DNA of 64,000 nt, taken from the NCBI GenBank assembly GCA_001687465.1, contig LVLI01000080.1, positions 124,001-188,000 on the forward strand, in the 5' to 3' direction. Both the position numbers and the translations under genes were made by a program. Positions 23,959 through 35,134 of this stretch are shown here, in pieces. The DNA comes from Halocafeteria seosinensis. Its lineage: Eukaryota. Under the pieces are notes generated by a model, which did not search any database, was not told the DNA's origin, and was given only the letters and a program-made list of their open reading frames with translations. Within the stretch, counting starts at the first letter, position 1, and each line of letters begins with the position of its first letter.

Positions 23959-24220
23959 GTAAAATCGTTCGTGTATGTTTGTTTATTTACGTAAAAAGCA
24001 ACAGACGACACTGTCATTACAAAAAAACGACAATCCTTGCTGATCTTGAACTGACGAGACAAGAAGTCTACGCCCCCTGGTACAACTTGTACATTGTACG
24101 GTATTTGTTACAATAATTTGTACCATAATAAACGAAACTTCTGGAAACGGTCATGATACTTGTGAACGATCCACAAAGGGAAAGACTAGAGGATGAGCGT
24201 CATTGTTACTGAGACACCAA

Positions 24221-27028
24221 TCACACAGCCACTTGAATACCAGTCCCTGCGGCGGCTCCACCAGGCCCACTTCCAGTATCATCACTCGTCTTCTCCTTGA
24301 TAGCATTTACTTGGGCCTCCGCTGCAGGATTCATCTTGAAAGCACCGCGCTCCAGACCTTCTAAGTTACTGCGGAAGTACTCTTTATATTTCGGGTTTCC
24401 ATACATTGGCCATACTCGGATGGAGCCACTTTCGGCACCGGTACACAGGATCGTGTTACCGGCATGGATCGTAGTCAATCCACCATCGGTAGTGGTTGCC
24501 ATATATTTGGCTAACAACGTAAAGGGAGCAGTCGCTTGATAAAGTAAGGCTGAAAAATCGTTTGATACGGAGATCATGTATCTGCCATCTCGGCTACAGC
24601 TGAGACCGGTGATTCTAGAAGTATTGTCCTTCCACGTGGTAAGCAGTCTATCTTTCGCTGATTTCGAAGGGGAAGCACCATCCCAAATTTTCAGCGTCAA
24701 ATCCCAACCTGCGGAAAAGACGACATTGGCAGACTCGTGACGGCCCCATGCAACTGATGTAAGCGCTCCCTTATGTCCAACATCATCACTTGCCGCTTCC
24801 CAGACTTTGGACACTCTACCCGCGTCACTGACTTTCCAAACCTTCACAGCGTGATCATTCCCACCCGAAGCGAAGAAACTGCCGACAGAGAGATCGCAAA
24901 AGCTCAGCCCTGTAATATGGCCATAATGAGCGTCCACTGTCGAAAGTGGTTCTACGGTTGGGATGGCGCTTTCGTCTCTGGCCTGTGTAGGAACGGTAGG
25001 GGCAGGTTTTGTCAAGCTCCATACTAGCATGTCAAAATCCCTTCCACCACTGACAAAGAGTGTACCTTGCGGATTGATAGTGATGGCATCTATCCGGCCG
25101 GAGTGTCCAACATAGCGAGCGCATTCATATGCGTGTTGCGGGATTTTGAGTGGGCCGGCGCTACCGGCTTGCACCCATTGAGCATGATAACTGTTCACCA
25201 AACTTGCATACTCCTTAGGATTGCTGCTGAAACAGCGGATTGTATAGTCGGCGCATCCAGCCAAAATCAACGGGTCTCTTCCATCACTGCTTGGGATGGC
25301 GTTTAGAACTGTAACCGAGCTGAGAGTCCGTAAAGCCAAGCTTCTTTCAACAGTTTCTACGTCATATCTGCATATTTGGTTGTCGTAACTAGTGGTAATT
25401 ATGTGCTGGTCATCGTCGAGTACATAGAGCCCAGTGATGCTGTCCCGGTGACCGTGAAACCCTTGAACCAGTTTGAGCTGCTGAAGCTCGGATGCATCAT
25501 ACAAGGTGATTGAATTCTCGGTGGAGCTACATAACGCCATGGAGCCATCAGGAGACATGATCATACTAGCGATACCAGTTCCGTCCCCGAACATTGGCTG
25601 CGTCTCTATGAGGTCATCGTGGGATTTTTCTCCACCAAGGACCTCGTCAGAGTCTCCACCTTTCAAAATCTGATCCAGAATTTCTTTCGTTTGCGCATCC
25701 CACCCTTGGGAAGACTGCTGCTCAGTGTCGTCAGCTTGGTCTTTCACAATATTTGCAGAGAGAGGCATCGCCTCCTCTAGATCGCTCAATCTCCAAAACA
25801 TAACAGTACCATCTGCTGAGGCAGAGAGAAGCCCATCCTCGTAAAATTTCTGAGCCGGCTGGTCTGCGGCACCTGCTGCAGTTAAGCCGGCTAATCCTCC
25901 TGCAGATGCTTTCTCTACTGGGGGTAAGCGCTCACCAGGGACCAAAATCAGAGACGTTACATCACCAATGTGTTGCCCATTTCGTCCCTTGGACGAGTCT
26001 TCGATTGTTCGAAGCTCTGTTAGTGAATTAGCGTCCCAGGACTTCATGGTGTTATCGCGGGCGCCTGAGAAGAGGATTCGACCGTCTCTCGACCAGCACA
26101 AGGCAGTCACATCACCGCGATGTCCGTCCATGTTTCCTCTAAGTGCACAGGTGATACCCTTATCTTCTTTACGCCTCTCCCGCCAGGAGGGCGCTAGAGT
26201 GTGGCCGTCGAAGAGCTTGATACTCGAATCGCGCCCCGCAGACGCAATGTTTTCCTTCTCCGGATTGAAGACGACACTTAGAATCGGGGCCTGCACAGAC
26301 AAGACGGAAAGTAAGTGCGCTAATATCAAAGCTACTGAGGTCTTTCAAAATAGTAATAGATCCGTACCTTATGTCCGAACAGAGTTTCCACGAGACGGAA
26401 ATCTTCTTCAACGTCCCACACTTTCAAATTTGCGTCTTTGCTTCCGGTAATGAGCATCTGCCCATCGTAAGCCCAGCAAAAGCACTCGATGTCTGCTTCG
26501 TGTCCCTCTTCGGATGTGCCTGGGGTCGCAAGTTCAATCTTCTTGCGCATGGATTCTTGTTGGACGTCCCATACGAACATCCCTTCCGTTCCCCCAGACA
26601 GTAGCATGTTGGGGTCTCTGCAACACGAATATCAATTCAAGTTAATCAAAATCACTCCCCGGATAAGCACACGTTTCCACGTACGTTGGGCTAAATGTCA
26701 GTGCCTTGACAGACCAATGATGACCAGATAGTAGATGGGCAATCTCAAATCTCTTGCGATCCGCATGCCAGTTCAGTATGTAGATACCATGGTTAGCGGT
26801 AACGAATGCCATCTGCTGGCCATCAGGGCTAACCGCAAGGGGTGATTCCTCTTGTACTCCCAATACCGTGATGGGATTCACGCAATACGTGTCTGCGTCG
26901 GTGTTATCCTCCATCGTTTCCTTGTATTGAGGATTGGCCGCTTGAGGCGCTTGTTTAACCTCTATTACGTTTTGTTTACCACGTTGATACGTCGATTTCG
27001 AGCCCCCTTTTTCAGGGTAAATTTGCAT
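24221..27028 (-). CDS. Large WD40-repeat protein, probably a double beta-propeller (3 exons)
   Basis: Numerous GH...WD repeats (GHRGDVTALCWS..LFSGARDNTMKSWD, GHSGRIDAITINP, GHKGALTSVAW..SAGWDLTLKIWD). The 5' end is uncertain. Confidence 0.88.
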
Positions 27029-27129
27029 GAATATATTGCACACCACTAAGCACCGGAATACTCAAGGTCTCTGATAAAATGACGGTGTATAAAGCGAGGA
27101 AATGAAGATTTACGACAAATAGATACACT

Positions 27130-27655
27130 CCTTCGAAACACAGTGAGCGCACCACAGTGTAATGCAATGCTGCCAAGCGAAAGAGCAACCCCCTGGGAGA
27201 ATTTAAAACTGAAGCTTCCTGTGGAAACTTTATCAAACGCAATGCATGCAGCTCTAGTTACGGCATAAAACCTGAAGCCATTCGTCTCTCTTTGGCTTCC
27301 CTGGTATGGTAACTACAAAAAGGTAGGGCTTTCGACCCACACTCGTGGAGCGCAAGTTGAAGTACAGGTCGCCTGTTTTTTTAGTTCACACTGTTTGATA
27401 ATTCCTTGAGCACTGTGATTAGCGGAGGTAATTTTCTTTCTGGGGAGCGTTGTCGGCTTTATGCGTATGTCTGAATTCTGCGTACGTCTTCAGTTGTGAA
27501 AACGGACTCACATTGAATGCGCTTCCAAACCCTGTTCCCTGGGCCTGGAACTGCTGAAAGCTGGTACAACAACTTTATGGATACAATGACGCGGTCCATG
27601 CCTGATGGCGGCATGTCAGCAGTATTAAACCACGATCGGGTATAGCGTGCAATAC
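27130..27655 (+). pseudogene. Decayed copy of the N-terminal half of the RING gene, upstream of it
   Basis: cttcgaaacacagt (27131) vs cttcgacatacagt (28178). LASL..LQK plus donor GT vs LASLQK plus donor GT; LSGE..YV vs LSGE..YV; atgcgctt..ccctggg in both; SAVL..TTIG vs AAVI..TTVG. Offset about 1.05 kb. Confidence 0.65.
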
Positions 27656-28008
27656 CATACAGATTGATTCGTTAGGGTCTCTTTACAATTGGTTAGATGT
27701 GTCTTGTAGAATTCTCTTTACCACCTTTCGCTTAATCAGAGTGCATCACAGATCGTACCTTCGGCTATAGATAAAATATAAACACGTTCGAATCTACCGT
27801 AGCCGTGGCTATTTGGGATAAAGCGACATGTGTTCCTCCATAGCCACGTGCATGTAGCCGTCCGCGGTGTGAACTTCTAAATTTGCTTCAACTTCTTGGC
27901 GCAGTAAGTTTAGTTTGGTTGATAGATGATAATTAGTCGATAAAATTGACAAGGTGGATTTTCTGTCATATTTTTTTAGCATGTTATCACGTACAGATTC
28001 TTATCGAA

Positions 28009-30426
28009 ATGAGTGCCAGTGGATTTGGGAGCTCAACTAACAGAAGGGAGACGCAAACGCTGGAGGAGCAATGCGTCGAGACGGCTGCCCAGGACTTAGC
28101 TCACATCTTGCATGCTTTGTATGTGGAATGGAGTGTGCTCATGGAGAAATACCAGGGAAAGCAGGATGCGCCTTCGTCTTCGACATACAGTAGAGAAGAT
28201 TGCATCATGGAAAAGGTGTTTGAGCAGATACTGTCCGACACACAAGTCATAGCTGCAATTAGCGAGAACTTCTTGAATGTATTACTTCTTCAATGGAGGA
28301 TGGCTAAGGCAGAATCATTCACGGGACGCGCTGAGTATAGTGATCATAAGCAACTGTCCATGACCCTATTGGAGTGCTTGGCATCGTTGCAAAAGAGTAC
28401 GTAAACCTCGGTGTGCTTCAACCACTATCAACATTTTGTAATGCTTTGGAAGCGGACTGCAGTTGCTGGTGCAGGAATTGTACAATGTCGCTTCGCTCGA
28501 GGAGTCGAGAGTTTGTCCGGGGAGCAACTATACATTTTGAGACGGTATGTTGATTATAGGGGATCCCACGAGCAGATATTTGCTGGAAGATCTCGGGCTA
28601 GCGTTGCACCGCATTCGCGTCGTTCATTGAGCCCACTCATGCGCTTACCCTGGGTGGCACTTGCTAGTACCGCATTTACTTGGATGAGGAGAAATAATTA
28701 CGCGTATGCGGCAGTAATTGGTTCTGCCACAACTGTTGGAATTTGCGCCTACTTTCTGATGCGTAAGAATCAGCGGGAGAGAGTGGAAGGCAACTCCGCA
28801 CAAGTGCCTGTGGACAACGGCAACGATTTTCTTGGTATTTCGCTGGAAAATGGGGGAGAAGAGCTGGAGCGTTTACTTGGGAGGCTCGAAGAGGAGTATG
28901 AAAATATGCCTGATCCTAGTTCTCCCTCAGGCAGTGCGCCCTCGGAGAGGGGCACTGGCTCAGCATCATTGTGGGATTCACTGTCTAATTTTTTTCATAG
29001 AACGTTTTCTTCGCGCACTGGAAGCAATGAGTCAAGGATGTCGGGCGACGGATCGTGGACGTCCAGCTGGGCTGAGGCCGGTGATGAACGACCACCTTGG
29101 TTCGGACCCTCAGATTCCGCTCTTGCCAATGAAGCATATCGGTCCTTACGGGGAGAAAACGTTCGCGAGGATCCCCCGCGTTCAGCTTTGGTGGAATTAG
29201 AGCCAATCGTTATCCACGAAAGTACACAAGTGGAGAGTACACCCGCAGAAAGCGTAAGTTCATATCGTGCATCCCCTACAGTCGCTGCTGCTGGAGGTGT
29301 GACGGCTACAGCAGCGGTTCTAAGAAATTTGATGAGCAAGAAGAATAACGAGAACTTGCGTAGCCTCACCCGAGCGTTCGTGGAGTATGCGTTTGGAAAA
29401 TATTTGACACTGTCTTGCATACCGCACGCAAGTACGGCAGACACAGATACCAACGGACAGGTTCAGTGGTCGCTGAAGCCTCTGAACGACACAGATGTTA
29501 GAAACTTGATGGCTCAGCTTGCCGCGGCGGAAACTATGCAAAGATGGTACTTATCCATGTGCATAACCAACTTGGGTATTCAATCGCACAACCTCCTGAG
29601 TGCAGAAGAACAAGCTTACCTAACAGGAACTCCCTCTTCCAACAACGTGAACTTCTATGCAATTTGGTTTGTGAGCCAAATGGACCCACAGAATAAAAGG
29701 ATACAGACTCCATCGGAGAAGGATATTCCAATAAACAGGGTTTATCCAAGGTCGTTTCAACTCGGTCGGAACGCTCCGGATTCTGCCACGTGTTGCATCT
29801 GCTTGCAACCCATGGTGGCGGGCGAATCACTCATAAGGAATACAAAGCCTTCTTGCGGAGCGACTCATGTATTTCACCGCGAGTGTTTACCCGAAGAGTA
29901 TGCTGCCCAATACGGCTGCCCTTTGTGCAGGAGCAAAATGTTTGACGTCCAAGAAACGGCTATAAACTCTCCTTTCACCTACGAAGATACCGGTATGGTT
30001 CACTGCTGGGAAGGAAGATCTGTTCACAGTTTACCACATATACTTAATGTGCTCAAGATGTACACTCCTATACTTAGGAACGTCCCAGAGGCCACTGAAT
30101 CGATGATTCTTTCGCTGTCCGCGTTTTTGAATAGAATGCTCGGAGGAGGGGCCGGGATGTACAACAATGGAGAGTGGAATGCAACCTTGCCAGCCAGTGA
30201 TGATGAATCAGCTCTTAAATCTGTGAATAACTCTCTCTTAGGAAAAAAAGTTGAGCAGGACCAGTGGCCATGCAGTGAAGAAGACAGTATGCAGCAGGAA
30301 TTATCAGAGTGCTTGCTATTTTGGAGTGGTCGGCTGGCTTTTGCGAACAGAGCACCTACGATTCAGAGTGGATGGAGGACAGAACGCACCCGAAAATTAC
30401 TTTGGAGTAGTCTCGTGCAGTCTTGA
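28009..30426 (+). CDS. Membrane-anchored RING-H2 zinc-finger protein, putative E3 ligase (2 exons)
   Basis: CCICLQPM...CGATHVFHRECL..........CPLCR. TM-like segment YAYAAVIGSATTVGICAYFLM. Intron 28397-28475. Confidence 0.8.
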
Positions 30427-30590
30427 TTCGCAGTAAAAGAGGAACTATGGGCGATATTAGATTTTTTAGGTGACGTACCCCGCTTGCTTGCTTTAGCAAA
30501 CTTGCCCAAGGAGAACGAGTACATGAGGTACCAGCACACGGGTTCACGTTCGCCGGCTAAAAAAGGTTGAGTATAGCAAACTACTACGTC

Positions 30591-32087
30591 TTATCGACCC
30601 AACTCTCTTCTCATCTTCTGAATTTCGCCCTCAACCTCACTCCCCAGGGATTCATATAGTCGTTTTGCGACTGCGTCCAAGTCCAGCCGCTCTCGGGTGG
30701 GTTTTTCGGAGGAGGCGGGGCGAGAGTCTGCCGTTCTCTGCGGTGCCACACTATCATAGGAGGGAAGATGATCAAACTGTGCTCCACCATTTGTCATCTC
30801 ACTACCGTGCGATTGTTGGGATGTATTCGTGTTCGCGGCAGCCCCGTGACTGGCGACTGCGTCACGTTCAGCACTATTCCTGGCGTTCCAGTATAGATCC
30901 TCTATGGTCGTTTTGTGTACCGATTGTATCATTCTGTCGATGTCTTCCAGTTTCTTGTTGATATTGGATTCATAATGTTCTAGGGCTGATGTCCTCTCTG
31001 TAACTTCCTGACTAGGGGAGTTTGGGCTTGTCTTTGTTGTGGGTGTCTCCCCGGCAACATGTGTGTCGCCTTCAGATGCCCTTCGGCTTTGAACAGATTG
31101 TTCCAAGGTTTCGTCGAGTCGTTTATGGATAGACTCTTTTAGAGCTTGTTTCTGCTCTGGAGCTGTACGTTCACGAGCACCGACTCTGCTCTCAGCGGTT
31201 TCTAGGAGCCGCTCAGCGAACTTATCCAATAGTGAATTGATCCGCTGGTTAGTAGCAGTTACACTTTCTCCATACACGTTAACGGATTTTCTTGCTTCCA
31301 AAAGCTGGTCTATAGTTGATACCAACTCAGCTTTCATTCTATCTTCCTCGGTCTCGAATGAAACAGTGGCTTTGTTCCCTCCCGTATTATCATTACCCTC
31401 CTTACGCTTCGCAAGGGCATTGTAGAGTGACTGTGCCAGGGTTTTGAGGGTCTTATCATCCAGCTGAGACACCACACCTCTAACACGAGCTTTGTCTTCT
31501 GCTTTCTTTGGTGAGACAGGGTGATCTTTATTAAATGCTCTCCTCGCAGAGCGCGGCTGATATTCAGAAGGGCTGTATTCACCACCAATTCCATAACCCG
31601 AACTATGAACCTCCGCGTATCGGCGGGAAGCGGGTCGGGGAGAGGAAGCGCTCCCCGTGTCAGCAGATGCTGGAGAGACTCGTTGTGTACCAGAGACTGG
31701 AGACGTTTTGCGAGGCTTTCGCGGTATGATCTTTTTGTGCTTCTCTTTGATACTTGCAATTTGCTCCTGGGACTCTTTCATCCTGTGTTTGTGGGCATTG
31801 GTGTAGGAATAAGCAAGTCTGTCAACAGCACATTGAGGTTTTTCATTTATCTGTTCGCCTTCTTGAAGGCCATAGTTGAGGTAGGAGTCAAAAGGTCTTA
31901 ACGATGTGTACTCAGCGGGCATCTCTCTTCCATGGATGTCAAACACTGGAGCTCCTCTGGAATACTGCTGTACCTCCTCAGGAGGCTCTTGAAAGTTGAC
32001 CCGAGAGTGACCACGCTGAGATGCAGGAGAAGAATGGTAGCTTCCGTTTTGGCTCATTCGAGCACTGTTAACTGGCGTGTTGGACAT
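30591..32087 (-). CDS. Hypothetical coiled-coil / low-complexity protein
   Basis: Long uninterrupted ORF (about 498 aa from MSNTPVNS) with helical charged segments. No family recognised. Confidence 0.75.
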   Translation of the reverse strand: MSNTPVNSARMSQNGSYHSSPASQRGHSRVNFQEPPEEVQQYSRGAPVFDIHGREMPAEYTSLRPFDSYLNYGLQEGEQINEKPQCAVDRLAYSYTNAHKHRMKESQEQIASIKEKHKKIIPRKPRKTSPVSGTQRVSPASADTGSASSPRPASRRYAEVHSSGYGIGGEYSPSEYQPRSARRAFNKDHPVSPKKAEDKARVRGVVSQLDDKTLKTLAQSLYNALAKRKEGNDNTGGNKATVSFETEEDRMKAELVSTIDQLLEARKSVNVYGESVTATNQRINSLLDKFAERLLETAESRVGARERTAPEQKQALKESIHKRLDETLEQSVQSRRASEGDTHVAGETPTTKTSPNSPSQEVTERTSALEHYESNINKKLEDIDRMIQSVHKTTIEDLYWNARNSAERDAVASHGAAANTNTSQQSHGSEMTNGGAQFDHLPSYDSVAPQRTADSRPASSEKPTRERLDLDAVAKRLYESLGSEVEGEIQKMRRELGR

Positions 32088-32314
32088 GACTAGTGCCGTC
32101 AGCTCTACACTCAATCCACAATGAGCAATTCAGTGGATTCCAGATTAGGCGCACGCGTAAGCAGGGATATTAGCTTATGGACTGAAAATATCTGTGTATC
32201 CTGCAAACCCGGAGAAGACGAAGAGAGCATTGAAGAGCATGGCAGTTTATCAAATGTTTACACCATCCAACCCTCTCTTCCCCCTTGAAATCCTCGGATG
32301 ATAGACACTCACCT

Positions 32315-32545
32315 TGTGCGATTGTATCGACACAAATTGTCTGGGAGGCAAAACTCACCTCAGCATGCTCCAGTCCGCCAAAATGGGACCAAGCACACTA
32401 GCTGATCTCCGTGGAAGGAACAAGCGCTGCAGTATTCGATACGATTGTCGCTTCTCAGTACGAAAGCTGCTTCGCTGGGGATGATACAATAAACTCTCAC
32501 AATGCTAGAAACTTAGCATCTGCCTTTTCGTTTCGAGCATGAGGC
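32315..32545 (-). pseudogene. Possible decayed copy of the middle of the 30591-32087 gene
   Basis: cgattgtatc shared (32319 vs 30921). Colinear words tgatc, gcagt, aaagctg, tgatac and tcga..atga match 31238-31361. LETKRQM..EFIVSS..QL..EA vs FETEEDRM.AELVSTIDQLLEA. Confidence 0.4.
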
Positions 32546-32646
32546 CGGGTTACGGAAACTTACCGTTTAACCCTGAACCCTGTGAGACTGTGTCGCACGC
32601 AGAGGCCATGCGACCTGGTGGAAGAATCCTTCAGATTCTTTGAAGT

Positions 32647-32662
32647 CACACACACACACACA
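32647..32662. repeat. (CA)8 microsatellite
   Basis: cacacacacacacaca. Confidence 0.9.
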
Positions 32663-32900
32663 TCAGGTGCGACAGTACAAATGGAACATAAAGATGGATT
32701 TGGCGTGCATGTTAGAAACCTATCCGCTGCCATACTAGTAAACAGAAAAAATTTCCTATTGACTTATTCGTCTAATACCACACGCATGGCTTCTTTAACA
32801 ATTTCTTTAGACTTAGTTCGGAAATTCTCTGCTAGAAGTTATCGGTTATTGCAAGAGTGTAGTAACTTAATGTGGCCATGTTTCACCCTCATCGGGCCAC

Positions 32901-34039
32901 TTACTCCCCCGTGTATGATGGCTTCCGCTTTTCTTTGAATGCCTGGATCCCTTCGAGTCTATCTTTGGTGGGAATGATTTGAGCATAACAATTCTTTTCG
33001 ATCTCCATTCCGGTTGCAACGTCCGTTTGCATTCCACGACTGATGGCCTCCTTTGCCATTCGCAATGCTACGGGCCCATTTGGAGTGATCTCTTTGGCCA
33101 GCTCCAGTGCTTTATCGTACGCACTGCCTGCATCGACGGAGTATTCCACTACCCCATAGTCTTTCGCTTGATCGGCGGACAGTCTTCGGGCAGTAAAAAT
33201 TAACTCCTTAGCTCTTGCAGATCCAATAAGTCGAGGGAGTCTTTGTGTTCCTCCTGCGCCAGGTATGATTGCGAGTGACGTCTCAGGAAGTCCCAAAACA
33301 GCACTACCCCCTGCAATCCGGAAATCGCACGCCAAAGAGAGTTCTAAACCACCCCCTAAAGCAGCACCTTCTATTGCAGCTATAGTTGGCATCGGCAGGT
33401 TCTCCATTCCGCTGAAGGCACTTCGTAGAGCCGATACAAATTGGCCAACTTCTTGCTGGGTCATGGTTGCTCTTTCCTTCAGGTCAGCGCCCGCGCAGAA
33501 CACTTTCTCCACATCGCTCTTCAGTATAACAGCCCGCACTTTAGGATCGAAGCGCACATTGTCCAATGCCGTTTGCATCTGATCAAGAAGATAGAGAGGG
33601 TGTTCAAAGTTATTACCTGTATTCACGTTCACAAGATACGTACTTCTTGAACCATGTTGCGTCCCAGCGCATTTTTCGACTTCGAGCGATCCATTGTAAA
33701 GACAACGACACCTGCAGACGAGTACACAATGTCGTATAGAAGCCTCATAGTCGCCATATTTGTGTTGAATGCCACCCCCACGGTGTTCTTCGCCTGAATC
33801 TGCATACCTTCGTGTTCTCCCTCCAGGCGTTCGACTTTGAATTCTGTTCCTGTGGCCTCAGTAGCAAACGATCTCGGGCCACATTTAATTCCCATGGAAT
33901 TGATTGACTGTTTCGACAACTGATTTGACGTTAAAGAAGACGCAGCACAAAATATTGGCCGAGACACTGCATGTCGACCACCATTGATGGAGAGACCACT
34001 GGCCGCTGCCAGTGGTCGCGTGACCCTCTGCATCCACAT
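32901..34039 (-). CDS. AUH: Methylglutaconyl-CoA hydratase, mitochondrial (crotonase family; 3 exons)
   Basis: Presequence, then [67 protein letters not shown] and [23 protein letters not shown]. Confidence 0.93.
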
Positions 34040-34584
34040 GGCTTTTGGAATTACAGATTACGCAAACCAGCACTCTCACTCGGACGCAAATTGCTCCTGA
34101 CAAGCGTACAAAGACTCGAACTCAGCCTTGCATGTACCGAAGATGGGATCTTCTGAGGTTTGTGAAGTTCGTTGTTGGTCAAGTGGCACAAAAGTTTGAC
34201 GCCTTGCTTGATTTTCCCCAGAAGCAGGAGAGCACCACACAGAGAGCGCTAATTATTGTCACGAGCACGTGTATATAGTTTGGGTGGATTCTTCTGAATA
34301 TTTCAGGTAAGTCACTTCTTCTTGATGGGCTGTTGGGAGGACAGCGTTGGCGCTATGGAAGGAAGGTTGGGAGTCATGTTTGCCCCCGGCGGAGCGACAA
34401 AAAAGGGGAGGTTCAGGTCTGTGGGCAGAACAAAGGGGGCTGTGAACGGAAGGGAATCTGGGTGACATCTCCCGCCGTCTGATTAGCTACATAACCTCGT
34501 ATTTTATACTCATTGATGCAGAAGGAAGAGAAACCTACATAATCTTTGTATACGGAAGTATATTACCTCGAGAAACAAGACAGA

Positions 34585-34996
34585 ATGCCGTCGAAGAAGA
34601 CAAAGAAAAACCAGGAGTCCATCAACTCCCGGCTCCAGTTGGTCATTAAGAGTGGTAAATATGTCCTAGGATATAAGGAGACTCTTAAGACTCTACGCAG
34701 TGGAAAGGCTAAGATGATCATCATTGCGAAGAACTGCCCACCTCTGAGAAAATCGGAATTGGAATACTATGCTATGTTGGCCAAATGCAACGTGCACCAT
34801 TACAATGGAGGCAACACAGATTTGGGAACTGCTTGTGGGAAATACTTCCGTGTGGCTACAATGAGCATTACTGATCCTGGTACGTACTTATACATGTAGT
34901 TCAATTCTTAACCGTCATGTCACTCTTACCATGTTTTGTTTGCTGTTTGCAGGTGATTCTGATATTGTGCGAACTGTCAGTGGAGGCGCTCAGTAA
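34585..34996 (+). CDS. RPL30: 60S ribosomal protein eL30 (2 coding exons)
   Basis: [32 protein letters not shown]...[36 protein letters not shown]. Intron 34880-34952. Possible 5'UTR intron 34307-34521. Confidence 0.98.
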
Positions 34997-35134
34997 ATGT
35001 TGGATTGGTTTGAACGGTGATTAGCGCTCTTCTTCCTGAAAAAATATACAAAGAACGAACGAATGCATGTAGCTTCCTGTACGGATTCGGTACTTAGGGG
35101 CAGGAAAACGTCTTAAACATACATTTTTACACTG

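Noticed and set aside
32569..32582. Telomere-like aaccctgaaccctg
   Set aside because: Only two units; not distinguishable from chance.
32770..32830. Possible AUH shadow (KEI..KEAM vs KEI..KEAI)
   Set aside because: A single short match requiring a deletion; not supportable.
34200..34310. Possible RPL30 shadow (KQESTTQRALIIV / EYFR vs [13 protein letters not shown] / KYFR)
   Set aside because: Only two short matches; too weak to call by eye, but worth including in the computational test.
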